Shown in pieces: positions 20,395 to 30,792 of a stretch of DNA of 64,000 nt. Positions within the stretch are counted from its first letter, which is position 1; every line of letters begins with the position of its first letter. The notes beneath the pieces are model-generated. The model saw only the letters and a list, made by a program, of their open reading frames with translations, ran no database searches and was not told where the DNA came from. The stretch spans positions 256,001 to 320,000 of the forward strand of contig CAVYRH010000019.1 of the NCBI GenBank assembly GCA_963770835.1. The letters run 5' to 3'. The DNA is from an uncultured Pseudomonadota bacterium (GTDB lineage Bacteria > Oederibacteriota > Muellerivitia > Muellerivitales > Muellerivitaceae). A program made the translations under genes and the position numbers.

Positions 20395-22395
20395 ATGGAA
20401 AGCGAAATGTCCCCCGTCAAAGTCGCGGATAAAAAAGGCTTGCTGCTTCAAAATGACGAGGTCCAACCCTGGATTAGCGGCACCTTCCACTATTGGCGAT
20501 CCGACGCCCAGCTTTGGCCGGAAATCTTGAGCAACATCAAGGCCATGGGTTTCGACATGGTGGAGACTTATATCCCCTGGGGCATCCACGAAATCGAGAG
20601 GGGCCGCTTTGAGTTCGGTGAAAAGGAACCCCGCAAAAATCTCGAAAAATTCATCCAATTGGTGGGACAAGCTGATTTAAAACTCGTCGTCCGCCCCGGC
20701 CCCCACATCAACGCGGAACTGAATTATTTCGGCTACCCTCCCCGCATCATATATGATCCCGCCATCGTGGCCCAGGAAGGCTCGGGGGCCGTCTCCGTGC
20801 ACGATGCCGCGCCCAAGGCTTTTGGAAATTTGAGTTACGCTTCCCGGAAACTCTACGAGGAAACCGCCCTTTGGTTCGACGCCCTGGCCCCCATCTTGAA
20901 ACGCAACCTCCACCCGAACGGCCCCATCGTGGCGCTCCAGGTGGACAATGAAACGGGTTACTACTTCCGCACGGGTGCTTACCTTTTGGATTACAACCCC
21001 GATTCCATCCGCTGGTACCGGACCTTCCTGGAAAAACGCTACGGCACCCTCAAGGCCTTGAACGATTGTTATGGAAGCCGCTACAAAACATTTTCCGAAA
21101 TCGATCCTCCCCGTTTCTTCACCGGGGAAGCAGTCAAGGACCTTCCCTATTACCTGGACTGGAGCCGTTACAAGGAATGGCAGATCAACGAGTGCCTGAG
21201 GATCATCGCCGGGATGTGGCGGGAAAGGGGTGTGGACGGCGTTCCCTTCTTCCAGAATTTCTACGGTCCCACCAATAGCCCCTACAACACCAACGAGGCG
21301 GAGACCGAGGCTTACGGCCTAGACGTGGTGGGGCTGGATAATTACCAGCGCAAGGAAATCTACTCGTCCACCGCTCGTATGGCCAGCTACCTCTCGGGCA
21401 CCTCTAAGCTTCCCCTCATCCCCGAGTTCGGCTCGGGCTGCTGGTCCCTTCCCCTCTGGGAAAACACCATGACGCTTGAAGACCAGCGTTTCACCACGCC
21501 GCTGCTCTTCATGTTCGGCTTGAAGGCCATCAACTATTATATGCTGGTGGAGCGCGACCGCTGGATGGGAAGCCCCCTGACGGCCCACAACAAGATCCGG
21601 CACGCTTACTTCGACTTTTACCGGCACTGGAATTCCTTCCTGAAGAAAAACCAGTTCCACGAGTGGACCCTGCAGAGCGAACTCCTCATCCTGTCCAATT
21701 ACGACACCGAACGTGTCTTGAAGGCCGTGAAGGTGGTGGAGAGCCATCCCATCCATTTCCTTCCCGAAGAACTGGGCTACGCCGAATCGCCATCCCTTTT
21801 CCAATACCGCCTGGAGGAGGAACACCCCCATTGGGACGGCAACCTGTGGAATTACGCTTTGAAACACCATTTGCCGACCCATTGTTCCGACACCGTAGCG
21901 CCGATCGAGAAATTGCGGGGTCACAAAGCGGTCTGGGTAGTGACGTTCGAGATGATGGAGAAGAAAGCCCAGGAAACCCTCAGGCATTTCGCCGAGGAAG
22001 GGGGCACGGTGATCATGGGCCCCTTGGTACCTTCCCTGGATGAACACACCCGCCCCTCGGACCTCTTCCCGGAATTGAAAAATTCCCGCCAGGCCAAGTT
22101 GGGCAAGGGAAAACTGGTGCTTTTGCCCGAATGGAACGAGGCGGAAATTGAAAAGACCCTGGCCGAGGCCGGGGTCCATCCCGTGATGGATTCCCTGCCA
22201 CCGGATATCCTCGCCACCCGCTTCACCCGCGACGGGAAGGACCTTTATTTCTTCGCCAATCCCAGCGCCCAGGCCGTTTCGTTCAGGCTTTCCCGGAAAC
22301 TCACGCCCCTTTACGGCACCGGGGACGGAAAAATCGCCCACGAACAACTGAACCTCCAGCCCTGGTCGGTGAGCGTTTGGGGAGGCGTCTCATGA
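20395..22395 (+). CDS. Beta-galactosidase (GH35/GH42-like)
   Basis: ISGTFHYWR, VETYIPWGIHE, VRPGPHINAE, LQVDNE, PEFGSG. Confidence 0.88.
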   Translation: MESEMSPVKVADKKGLLLQNDEVQPWISGTFHYWRSDAQLWPEILSNIKAMGFDMVETYIPWGIHEIERGRFEFGEKEPRKNLEKFIQLVGQADLKLVVRPGPHINAELNYFGYPPRIIYDPAIVAQEGSGAVSVHDAAPKAFGNLSYASRKLYEETALWFDALAPILKRNLHPNGPIVALQVDNETGYYFRTGAYLLDYNPDSIRWYRTFLEKRYGTLKALNDCYGSRYKTFSEIDPPRFFTGEAVKDLPYYLDWSRYKEWQINECLRIIAGMWRERGVDGVPFFQNFYGPTNSPYNTNEAETEAYGLDVVGLDNYQRKEIYSSTARMASYLSGTSKLPLIPEFGSGCWSLPLWENTMTLEDQRFTTPLLFMFGLKAINYYMLVERDRWMGSPLTAHNKIRHAYFDFYRHWNSFLKKNQFHEWTLQSELLILSNYDTERVLKAVKVVESHPIHFLPEELGYAESPSLFQYRLEEEHPHWDGNLWNYALKHHLPTHCSDTVAPIEKLRGHKAVWVVTFEMMEKKAQETLRHFAEEGGTVIMGPLVPSLDEHTRPSDLFPELKNSRQAKLGKGKLVLLPEWNEAEIEKTLAEAGVHPVMDSLPPDILATRFTRDGKDLYFFANPSAQAVSFRLSRKLTPLYGTGDGKIAHEQLNLQPWSVSVWGGVS

Positions 22396-23129
22396 TCCAT
22401 CCGGAAGCCGTCTTCGAGCATGTGGATATCAACCAGGCCCGGCGTTTCGTAGATCTTTCCATGGCCTTTGCCCAGCCCAATCCCCGTATCCTTTATGTGC
22501 TTCACGACAAAGGAAAGGTCCTCAAGGCCTGGGACAGCCTCAAGGGCAAGGTTTCCGTGGGCGCCACCCTCGCCCCCTCGGTGGAATTGGCGGAGGACTT
22601 AAAACGCCGTCATCAGGTGGGCGAAGTCCAACTGATCGATCGGGATTCCTACCACGCCTACTTAAAAGAGGCGCTGGATTTGAAAAAGGCCGAGGAACTG
22701 ACAGGTTACGATTTCAAGGAACGGGCGAAAAAGCTGAAAGCCAGCCAGGGCAGCGGTTTCCTGATCCACCCGCCCCGGGAAAACTACGAGTATTACCACT
22801 ATGTGGACCGCACCCGCCAGTTCGTGGCCGAAAAGCTAAAGCCGGATTGCGTGTTTCTTTTGGGCGTTTACACGCCCAAGGACTGGTGGACCTCGGTGAT
22901 GACGGTTTTCAAAGAAGGGCAAATCACCTATCTAACGACCTTCGAATACTTTCCCGCCGACAAGCTGGCCGTGCCGGATTCCCCCCAGGCCCACGAAACC
23001 TTGCTGAAAACCGCCGCCCAGGCCTTCCAAAAACCGGCCTTCGGCATGTTCCTGTCCCAAGCCGTCTTCGAGGATTTTGGCAAGAAACAGTGGCGCGGAA
23101 TGGGCCAAACGGCCCTTTTAAAGGCCTAG
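22392..23129 (+). CDS. Hypothetical protein coupled to beta-galactosidase gene
   Basis: ATGA overlap with upstream stop; host-like codon usage. Confidence 0.75.
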   Translation: MIHPEAVFEHVDINQARRFVDLSMAFAQPNPRILYVLHDKGKVLKAWDSLKGKVSVGATLAPSVELAEDLKRRHQVGEVQLIDRDSYHAYLKEALDLKKAEELTGYDFKERAKKLKASQGSGFLIHPPRENYEYYHYVDRTRQFVAEKLKPDCVFLLGVYTPKDWWTSVMTVFKEGQITYLTTFEYFPADKLAVPDSPQAHETLLKTAAQAFQKPAFGMFLSQAVFEDFGKKQWRGMGQTALLKA

Positions 23130-23246
23130 CCAAAATAAAAGCTTCTTTTTTCCCCAAAAGAGCGTATGGTAGTGACTTCTTCCGGCGCTTCCATAGGCTG
23201 GTTTGATGCAGTTAAATTTTTAGAAAAAAGTAGAGGTTTTACAACA

Positions 23247-23447
23247 ATGGCTCAAGGTACAGTGAAGTGGTTTAAGAACGAAAAGGGTTTCGGTTTCATC
23301 TCCCAGGACGGTGGCGAGGACGTATTCGTGCACCATTCGTCCATCAAAATGGACGGCTACAAATCGTTGAACGAGGGCGACCGCGTGGAGTTTGACGTCA
23401 CCCAAGGCGACAAAGGTCTCAAGGCTGAGAACGTCGTTAAGATCTAA
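23247..23447 (+). CDS. cspA: Cold-shock protein
   Basis: GTVKWF..KGFGFI...DVFVH; 66 aa; GAGG RBS. Confidence 0.95.
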   Translation: MAQGTVKWFKNEKGFGFISQDGGEDVFVHHSSIKMDGYKSLNEGDRVEFDVTQGDKGLKAENVVKI

Positions 23448-23465
23448 TTAGGTCTTTTCGAAAAC

Positions 23466-23501
23466 AAAAAGCCCCTGGAGCGAAAGCTTCAGGGGCTTTT
23501 T
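23466..23501. terminator. Bidirectional intrinsic terminator
   Basis: AAAAAGCCCCTGGAGC-gaaa-GCTTCAGGGGCTTTTT. Confidence 0.88.
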
Positions 23502-23523
23502 TATTTACGGGATATTTTAAATC

Positions 23524-25053
23524 TCAGGCGAGTTTTTCCTGTATCGAACGGAAAGAATCCTTCAAGGCCGGGTAAAGCTTTTTGAACTCGGAATACCAGC
23601 CGTTGTAAACCCCCACCTGCGCCTTGCGGGGCGAGGTGCGGCTTACCACGCGGATCAGCTTGGAGCAGGCGGCGTTAACCGTCGGGTAAACCCCCGCGCC
23701 CACCATGGCAAGGATGGCGGCGCCATAGGCGGGGCCTTCCTGGCTGTTCACCGTCACCACTTCCTCCCCGTAGATATCCGCCTGCAATTGCCGCCAGAAA
23801 GGGTTCACCGCCCCGCCGCCCGTGGCCACCACTCGGCGGATGGGCACCTTGAGTTCCCTGAAGATTTCCAGCGAGTCCCTCATACCGAAGGTGATGCCCT
23901 CGAAGACCGCCCGGGCGAAATGAGCCCGCCCATGTCGGGCCGAAGCCCCAACGAAGGTCCCACGCGCGTGGGCGTCCTTGTGTGGCGTCCTTTCCCCCAT
24001 GAGATAAGGGAGGAACAACAGGCCTTCGCTTCCCGCCAGTATCTTCTTGGCCTCGTCGCTCAAGATGTTATAAGGGTCCTTCCCCGTCCTCTTTCCCAGT
24101 TCCTTTTCGGTCAAACCCAGGCTATCCCGGTACCACCTCAAGGACATCCCGGCCGAAAGCATGACTCCCATCAAGTACCACTTCTTGGGCACGCTGTGGC
24201 AAAAGCTGTGAACGCGCAGTTGAGGGTCCACCTTCACCCGGTCGGCGTGGGCGAAAAAGACGCCGGAGGTCCCCAGGCTGGCCATGACGTCGCCGGTCTT
24301 GATGATGCCGTTCCCCACCGCCCCGCAGGTGTTGTCCGCGCCGCCGCCCACAACAGGTGTCCCGACCTTCAAGCCCAAGCCCTTGGCCGCGGCGGGCGTC
24401 AGGTGGCCGCAAACGGCCTGCGATTCCACCACTTGGGGGAACCAGATCAGCGGGATTCCCAGCTTCGCCAGGAGTTCCTTGGACCAGCGGCGGTTTTTCA
24501 CGTCGAAATAAAGCGTGCCGGCCGCGTCCGAAACCTCGGTGCCCAGCACCCCCGTCAGCTTGTAACGCACGTAGTCCTTGGGCATTAAAACCTGGGCAAT
24601 CTTGGCGTAAACCTGGGGCTCGTGCTTTTTCACCCAGAGGATCTTGGGCAAGGTAAAGCCTTCCAAGGCTGGGTTGGACACCCATTGGCGCAAGTGGGCC
24701 TCCCCCACTTTCCGGGTGATTTCCAAGCATTCCGCGTGGGTGCGGGTGTCGCACCAAAGGAGGGCGGGCCTTAGGACCTTCCCGTTTTTATCCAGGAAAA
24801 CCGAGGAGTGCATCTGGCCCGAGAAGCCCAAGGCCTTCACGTCCGCGGCGGCGACCCGCGCTTTCTTGACTGCGCCCGAAACGGCCTGGTAGGCCGCCTT
24901 GACCCACATGTCGGGGTCTTGCTCCGCCCAGCCGGGGTGGGGCGTCGCCATGGGGTATTCGACGGTTACTTTGGACAGGATTTTCCCGGCTTCCGAGACC
25001 ACGATGGCCTTGGTGCCTGAAGTGCCGATGTCACAGCCGATCACATAACTCAT
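23524..25053 (-). CDS. xylB: Xylulokinase
   Basis: GCDIGTSGTK, FSGQMHS, LWCDTR, GGGADN, LPYLMGERTP; in cluster with xylA. Confidence 0.93.
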   Translation of the reverse strand: MSYVIGCDIGTSGTKAIVVSEAGKILSKVTVEYPMATPHPGWAEQDPDMWVKAAYQAVSGAVKKARVAAADVKALGFSGQMHSSVFLDKNGKVLRPALLWCDTRTHAECLEITRKVGEAHLRQWVSNPALEGFTLPKILWVKKHEPQVYAKIAQVLMPKDYVRYKLTGVLGTEVSDAAGTLYFDVKNRRWSKELLAKLGIPLIWFPQVVESQAVCGHLTPAAAKGLGLKVGTPVVGGGADNTCGAVGNGIIKTGDVMASLGTSGVFFAHADRVKVDPQLRVHSFCHSVPKKWYLMGVMLSAGMSLRWYRDSLGLTEKELGKRTGKDPYNILSDEAKKILAGSEGLLFLPYLMGERTPHKDAHARGTFVGASARHGRAHFARAVFEGITFGMRDSLEIFRELKVPIRRVVATGGGAVNPFWRQLQADIYGEEVVTVNSQEGPAYGAAILAMVGAGVYPTVNAACSKLIRVVSRTSPRKAQVGVYNGWYSEFKKLYPALKDSFRSIQEKLA

Positions 25054-25075
25054 TTGATCCTCCCAGATCCCGTCT

Positions 25076-25707
25076 TTACTTTATTTCAACGACCTGAATC
25101 CGGTTTTCAACGACTTTAATTTCAATCCGGCTTCCATCGGGAATATTCGAAATTTGCCGGGACAAATCGAAAAGATAATGAAGTTGATCCAGCGCCGGAA
25201 CAGCCCGCAGTGAAACATTCTTGCCGCTTTGAGTTGTGAAAAACGGGGGAAAGGGGTTGATGAGCTGGCCCGGTTCCAGCTTTTTCCCTTTGTTTTTAAG
25301 CTGTTGCAAAGGATACATCTCAAGAAACACCATGGGGTTGCTCTTGGCTTCCTCAAGAAAAACCGGAAGTCCCATCTTCATGTCTTTCACTTCGCCCGTC
25401 TCTCCCCTCAGCTTAAAGATGGTATTTCCCCTCAAAAGGAATTGATCCCCCATACAATCCTGCGCGAAGGGGATATCCTCCGCCCGGACATTCGGATATC
25501 TTTTCGATAAAGCCTTATCGCCTGTCCAAAATAGCTGCAAAGAATGCCAGGCGGGAGAATCGCAAACACCACGGAAGTGGACCCCCCTTCAAACGCCACA
25601 AAACCGTTTGTTCCCGAAAGGATTGCTTTCAAGTCATCAGGCAACCGCTTGAGCAGCGCTGCATCGGATACCGCGGGGCCTTCATACGTTACATTTTCAA
25701 AATCCAT
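25076..25707 (-). pseudogene. SMI1/KNR4-like gene split by a 1-nt frameshift at a G6 run (25582-25587)
   Basis: Frame 1 ...NGFVAFEGG; restoring one base gives (V/L)HFRGVCDSPAWHSL, continuing into ...IPFAQDCMGDQFLL. Confidence 0.7.
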
Positions 25708-25740
25708 TGGACATCTCTTGGCTTGAACAAGCCTTCACTT

Positions 25741-27021
25741 TTACTTTTTAAAGTACTTCTCGTTGATGGACTTGACGACCGCGGGAATAACCTGGTCCGG
25801 CGTCTTGGTGCCCAGCCACATCGGGTCGAAGGCCGGGGTCAGGACCCCGAAAAAGATCTCGTTCCAATTGGACATGAACGGCTGGTAATGGGAATACTTG
25901 GGCATTTCCAAAAGGATGGCCTTGTGGTCCGCGCCCGGGCTCTTCAAGAAGACGTCCGAATTCGCCAGGCTCATGAGGGCCGGCTGGATCATGCCCGTCT
26001 CGGTCATCTGGGAAACCGAAGCCGCGCTGGTCATTTCCTTGATCACCAGCCAGGCTAGGTCCTTGTTCTTGGAGCTTTTGGAAAGGGCGTAGCCCGACCC
26101 TCCCGTGCCCCAGCCTTTGCCGCCCTGGGGGCCGTGGGGGAATTCCACCACGTCGAAGTCCAGGGCCTTGTCCTCCAAAAAGCGCGGGGTCTGCCAGATG
26201 CCCGAGGAAAGCATGGCCACCTGGCCGTTCATGAACATGTCCATTTGACCGTTGGCCAGGCTGGCAGTCTGGATCTGCGAGGGGTCCGGCGAGACGTGGT
26301 ACTTCTGGATCAGGGCCCAGCGGAAGCCTATGGCTTCCACTGCGTTGGGCGAATCCAGGGTCACGCGGGTGGGATTGTCCGTATTGTCCACATAGTCCCC
26401 GCCGTTGCCGAAAACGAAGTTTTCGTATTGCACCGAGTAGGCGTCGGCGAAGGCCCAGCGGGTCACATTCCCCTTGGCGTCCTTCTGGATGAGCTTTTGG
26501 CAGGTGGAAAGGAAGGGTTCGGGCCAGGTCCAGTCATCCTTGGGGTAGGGCAGTCCCGCGTCGCGGAAAAATTTGCGGTTGTAGTAAATGAGGCCCGAGG
26601 GCGCCGTGTCCTGGGGGATGGCGAAGATCTTTCCGCCGGGGCTAAAGCGGTGGGCCACCCCGTCGTAATAGCCCTTCAGGTCCATGCCGTCCTTTTGGCA
26701 ATAGGGCGTCAGGTCCTCCAGGGCGTCGCGCAGGTAAAGGTCCACGAAGTTGTTGACCTCCACGAAGATGACGTCCGGCGCGTTGCCGCCCGCCAGCTGG
26801 GTGGTGATCTTCTGCTGGTATTCGTTGTAGGGGATATTGTCCACCAGGATCTTCAAGCCCGGGTGACGGCTCTCGATGTCCTTCACCACGTCGTCGAGTT
26901 TGGAGATCAGGACGGGGTCGGTGAGGAACTGGGAAAGGTGGATGGTGGTGACTTTGCTCCCGCAGCCTGCCATCACCGCCAAAATCGGTACAAGGAACGC
27001 CGCCAGTAGTTTTCGTTTCAT
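25741..27021 (-). CDS. Sugar ABC transporter substrate-binding lipoprotein
   Basis: Lipobox MAGC, APDV, IYYNRKFF..AG..YP..WTW, F..GQVAM. Confidence 0.92.
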   Translation of the reverse strand: MKRKLLAAFLVPILAVMAGCGSKVTTIHLSQFLTDPVLISKLDDVVKDIESRHPGLKILVDNIPYNEYQQKITTQLAGGNAPDVIFVEVNNFVDLYLRDALEDLTPYCQKDGMDLKGYYDGVAHRFSPGGKIFAIPQDTAPSGLIYYNRKFFRDAGLPYPKDDWTWPEPFLSTCQKLIQKDAKGNVTRWAFADAYSVQYENFVFGNGGDYVDNTDNPTRVTLDSPNAVEAIGFRWALIQKYHVSPDPSQIQTASLANGQMDMFMNGQVAMLSSGIWQTPRFLEDKALDFDVVEFPHGPQGGKGWGTGGSGYALSKSSKNKDLAWLVIKEMTSAASVSQMTETGMIQPALMSLANSDVFLKSPGADHKAILLEMPKYSHYQPFMSNWNEIFFGVLTPAFDPMWLGTKTPDQVIPAVVKSINEKYFKK

Positions 27022-27056
27022 CGCTTCCTCCTTGGGCTTCGCTGTTGCCTTTGCTT

Positions 27057-27090
27057 AGCTGCAAACTGTCGACTGTGAACTGCGAACTGG
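27057..27090. repeat. Heptamer tandem repeat (RRCTGYN) just after the lacI stop
   Basis: agctgca aactgtc gactgtg aactgcg aactgg; similar array at 49841-49868. Confidence 0.6.
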
Positions 27091-27092
27091 TT

Positions 27093-28085
27093 TTAAGCCG
27101 ATTCGCGAACGACCAAACTGGCCTTCAGTTGCAGCACCGAGCGGGCCTTTTCCTCGCCGGTCACGAGCCGCATCAGCTTGTGGATGGCCAGGCGGCCCAG
27201 CTCGTTGAGGTCGTAACTGACGGTGGTCAGGGAAGGGCTGACCAGGGAGGCCATTTCGATGTCGTCGAACCCGACCACCGCCATGGTGCCCTCCTTCTTG
27301 TGGTCGTGCAGCACCTTCAAAACGCCGATGGCCATGGCGTCGTTGGAGGCGAAAACCGCCGTGGGGGAGTTGGGCATCGCCAGGAACTTCTCGGCGGCCT
27401 CGATGCCCGATTTGACCACGTAGAAGCCGGGCAAAACCAGGCTGGGGTCGACGGGGATGCCCGCCTCGGCTAGGGCGCTTTTATAGCCCTCGAAGCGCTC
27501 GGTGGAATCGCTCAGTTCCCTGCGGCCCATGACGAACCCGATGCGTTTGTGGCCCTTCTGGAGGAGGTGCCGGGTGGCCTGCTTGGCCCCGTCGAAATTA
27601 TCGATGATCACCGAGGAAGCGATGTCTTCGAAGCGCCTCTCGCACAGGATCACCATGGGAAACTTCTTGCGGATCAGGTTTTTAATGAGGTTTTCGGTGT
27701 TTTGGGTGGGCATAAAATAAAGGAGACCGTCCACCACGGGGGGCTCGGTAAGGGTGCGGATGGTTTCCCTTTCTTCGTCCGGCTGGGCCCCCTCGGGGAT
27801 GACCCCCATGGTGAGCAGTTTCCCGAATTTCCGAGCCTCCAGTTCCATGCCCGCCAGGATGGCCGCCACAAAGGGGTCCATGGAGGGCGTCAGCACCCCC
27901 AGGAATCCCGTCTGGCGGTTGGCCAGGCCCCGGGCGAAGCGGTGGGGCCGGTACTGCATCTTCTCCATCATGGCCTTGATCTTCTGCTCGGTCTCGTACT
28001 TCACCGCCAGGCCGTTCAGGACCCGGGAGACCGTGGCCTTGGACACCCCGGTCTTTTCTGCGATTTGCTGGATCGTCACGCCCAT
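27093..28085 (-). CDS. LacI-family transcriptional regulator
   Basis: TIQQIAEKTGVSKATVSRVLN; VVGFDD, PSLTTV. Confidence 0.95.
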   Translation of the reverse strand: MGVTIQQIAEKTGVSKATVSRVLNGLAVKYETEQKIKAMMEKMQYRPHRFARGLANRQTGFLGVLTPSMDPFVAAILAGMELEARKFGKLLTMGVIPEGAQPDEERETIRTLTEPPVVDGLLYFMPTQNTENLIKNLIRKKFPMVILCERRFEDIASSVIIDNFDGAKQATRHLLQKGHKRIGFVMGRRELSDSTERFEGYKSALAEAGIPVDPSLVLPGFYVVKSGIEAAEKFLAMPNSPTAVFASNDAMAIGVLKVLHDHKKEGTMAVVGFDDIEMASLVSPSLTTVSYDLNELGRLAIHKLMRLVTGEEKARSVLQLKASLVVRESA

Positions 28086-28103
28086 GAATTTCCCTCCGGG
28101 AAA

Positions 28104-28179
28104 AATTAGGAATTAGTAATTAGGAGTTAGAAGTTGAGGTCTTTAAAAATTCCTCATTCCTAACTCCCAATTCCTAATT
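28104..28179. repeat. Inverted heptamer arrays (AATTAGG)n / (TTCCTAA)n forming a long hairpin
   Basis: aattagg aattagt aattagg agttaga agttgag ... ttcctca ttcctaa ctcccaa ttcctaa. Confidence 0.75.
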
Positions 28180-28181
28180 GT

Positions 28182-29348
28182 TTAAATGACTCCCATTAAG
28201 AGTTCCTGGAAATGCTGGTCCAGTTCCTCGTAAGGCAGGCGCTTCTTGGAAAGGGCCATGGGGTCGAAGGAAGTCGCGCGCAGTTTGGCCGCGCCTTCCG
28301 GGCTGTAGCGGCTCATGATGGTTTCCAGGGCGTAATCGCCCGCGTGGAGACTCTTCAAGATCTGCTGGATCTTCTTGTCCGCGTTGAACTGCTTCACCTT
28401 GTCCCAGAGGATCAAGTAGGTCCTCATGCTGCCCTCCACGAAATCCCACACGCCCTTCTCGTCCTCGCTGCGGTAGGGATGCTCGTCGAAGTTACGCGTG
28501 CCGGCCCAGTCGTGGTCCTCCAGCAGTTTCACTACGAGGAAGGTTTCCTTGATGTCCTCGCTGCCGAAGCGCAGGTCCTGGTCGAAGCGGTTGGGCTTCT
28601 GCGCCCCCAGGTCCACGTGGTAGAGCTTGCCCGCTTCCATGGCTTGGGCGAAGTCGTGGTAGGTGTTCAATCCCGCCATGCGCGAATGCTCGATCTCCGG
28701 GTTGACCCCCACCATCTCGGGGTAATCCAGCGTCTCGATGAAGGCCAGCACGTGCCCGGCGGTGGCGAAGTAGATGTCGCCGCGCGGCTCGTTGGGCTTG
28801 GGCTCGATGGCGAACCTAAAGCCGTAGCCCTGGTGCCGGGCGTAGGAACAAAGGTAGTTCATGCATTCCCGGTAGCGCTTGATGGCCTCCCCCGGCGTCT
28901 TGGCGGCGTCCACTTCCGCGCCCTCCCGGCCGCCCCAGAAAACGTAGGTCTTGGCGCCCAGCTCGGCGCCCAGGTCCATGTTCTTCATGACCTTCTGCAG
29001 GGCGAAGGCCCGCACCTTCGGGTCGTGGCTGGTGAAGGCGCCGTCCTTGAAGACCCGGTGGAAGAAAAGGTTCGTGGTGGCCATGGAACAAACGATGTCG
29101 TAGTCCTTCATCGCTTGTTTGGTTTGCTTGATGATCTTGTTGCGCAGCTGGAGGTTGGCGCCGAAGGGGATCAGGTCGTCGTCGTGGTAGTTGAACCCGT
29201 AGACGTTGCGCTTCCCCAGTTCCTTGATATTGGTGATGGGATCCAGGCGGGCGCGGGTTTCTTCGCCGAAGGGATCGCGTCCCCTATTAGCGGTGCACCA
29301 AAGTCCGAACGAAAAGCGGTGTTCCTTTTTGGGTTTGAAAGATGCCAT
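28182..29348 (-). CDS. xylA: Xylose isomerase (class I, Streptomyces/Thermus type)
   Basis: FSFGLW, GRDPFG, YHDDDL, FWGGREG, EPKPNEPRGD, NPEIEH, DQDLRFG; GGAGG before ATG 29348. Confidence 0.95.
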   Translation of the reverse strand: MASFKPKKEHRFSFGLWCTANRGRDPFGEETRARLDPITNIKELGKRNVYGFNYHDDDLIPFGANLQLRNKIIKQTKQAMKDYDIVCSMATTNLFFHRVFKDGAFTSHDPKVRAFALQKVMKNMDLGAELGAKTYVFWGGREGAEVDAAKTPGEAIKRYRECMNYLCSYARHQGYGFRFAIEPKPNEPRGDIYFATAGHVLAFIETLDYPEMVGVNPEIEHSRMAGLNTYHDFAQAMEAGKLYHVDLGAQKPNRFDQDLRFGSEDIKETFLVVKLLEDHDWAGTRNFDEHPYRSEDEKGVWDFVEGSMRTYLILWDKVKQFNADKKIQQILKSLHAGDYALETIMSRYSPEGAAKLRATSFDPMALSKKRLPYEELDQHFQELLMGVI

Positions 29349-29381
29349 CCAAGTACCTCCCTTTGGGCTATTGGAAATTAC

Positions 29382-29395
29382 TGAAACCGGTTCAA
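29382..29395. promoter_or_regulatory. Putative LacI-type operator upstream of xylA; second weaker site at 29440-29450
   Basis: TGAAACCGGTTCAA matches the LacI-family TGnAAnCGnTTnCA pattern; GAAATGTTTCA nearby. Confidence 0.6.
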
Positions 29396-29769
29396 TATTC
29401 AATAACCAGGGCCATTTTTCAATACCTAAATTAAAATTAGAAATGTTTCAATGTTTTTCAGGGGAAAATCCATTACCCATGTTGCCCTCCATGCGGCTTT
29501 CCGGAGGAATTTTTCACCCAGAGGAATGAATTGAGGCGGTTGGGAAAAACGGCTCAGGGAGGATTAAAAATTTCTTGGTCTTTTTTTCGGCGCTTAGGCC
29601 ATCCCAACGCGGTTCCGTTCATTTCGTTTCCTTCACCAACCAGTCCCCCATCCTGAAATATTCCCCGTCCGCTAGAAACGCCGGTTGAGTTATCATCAGC
29701 CGGTCCTTGGCGGGATGGCGCCACCGGTGAATTCCGGTTACAATCCCCCGGCCAGGAGAAACGACCTCG

Positions 29770-30777
29770 ATGAAACCTCAGCGCCTTCTTGGACGCAACC
29801 TTATCCGAATAGCCTGGGTCGGAGCCATGGCCTTTCTGCCCCCCGGGGCGCAGGCCTTGGACCTGACGCCCGACGCCTCGCGCGTCCTTTCCGATCCCTC
29901 CTATTTGCCCCCGGGGGGACGGCTTTTCGGAAGCACCCAGTTCAATTTCAGTCAATTGAGTTCCGGCACGGCCAATTACCTGGGCGCGCCGTTAAGTTCC
30001 AACACCACGATGACGACCACGATCAACCAGCTGTTCGAATTCGGCGTGACGGACGAGTTTTCCCTCCGGGCGGACGGGATTTACCAGGTGCAGGGGGTTA
30101 CCAATAATTCCGCTTCCGGCACCGGCACGGTGACCACCTCCACCGGTTTCACCAACCCGACTTTCGCGGCGATCTGGCGCTTCTTGGACGAGAAGAACCG
30201 TCCCTTCAACTGGGACCTGGTGGGCGCCTACGCCCCTAGCCTGATCAGCGCGCAGAACGCGTCCACGGACGAGTTCGGGTCGGTGGCGCGCGGAGGGGCG
30301 GTGGCGTCCCTGGGCACGGCCCTCAGCTACAAAACCAGGGACTTCACGGCCTATGGGCTTTTCCTCACCACTTATTTTGACAGCCGGGACATCCTGAACC
30401 AGGCCACCGGCATCGCCACCAGCTACCAAGCCAGCTGGCAGTACTCCTTCGAGGCCATGACCCAGACGCGCTTCGGGGGAGGCTTGTCCCTCAACGCGGG
30501 CGTTTCCCAAACCTACGCCGACAACGCCAATGCCTCTTTCACCAATGCCGCCGGCAAGCTTATCCAATTCACCAACCATCCCAGCAATTTGACGCTGCTG
30601 GCCGCCTCCCTGAATTACCAGGTGACCGAAGGCGGGTTCGTGGCGTCTTTCCTTTATAACTACATCCTTTACGGGAACGCCGGCAATGATTTCGCGGCCT
30701 TTCCCAAAAACGATACCACGACCAGCAACAAGCAGTCGGCCATCTTCGGCGCGATGGCACGATATGTCTTTAATTAG
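29770..30777 (+). CDS. Putative outer-membrane beta-barrel protein
   Basis: Signal peptide ending AQA; alternating amphipathic strands; C-terminal ARYVFN. Confidence 0.7.
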   Translation: MKPQRLLGRNLIRIAWVGAMAFLPPGAQALDLTPDASRVLSDPSYLPPGGRLFGSTQFNFSQLSSGTANYLGAPLSSNTTMTTTINQLFEFGVTDEFSLRADGIYQVQGVTNNSASGTGTVTTSTGFTNPTFAAIWRFLDEKNRPFNWDLVGAYAPSLISAQNASTDEFGSVARGGAVASLGTALSYKTRDFTAYGLFLTTYFDSRDILNQATGIATSYQASWQYSFEAMTQTRFGGGLSLNAGVSQTYADNANASFTNAAGKLIQFTNHPSNLTLLAASLNYQVTEGGFVASFLYNYILYGNAGNDFAAFPKNDTTTSNKQSAIFGAMARYVFN

Positions 30778-30792
30778 CGCGGGAGAATCGAA

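Noticed and set aside
23166..23246. N-terminal extensions in the ORF track (csp, xylA, hoxF, hoxU, hoxY, hoxW, recQ, FKBP)
   Set aside because: Downstream ATGs with RBS or stop-start coupling fit family lengths better; coordinates were adjusted.
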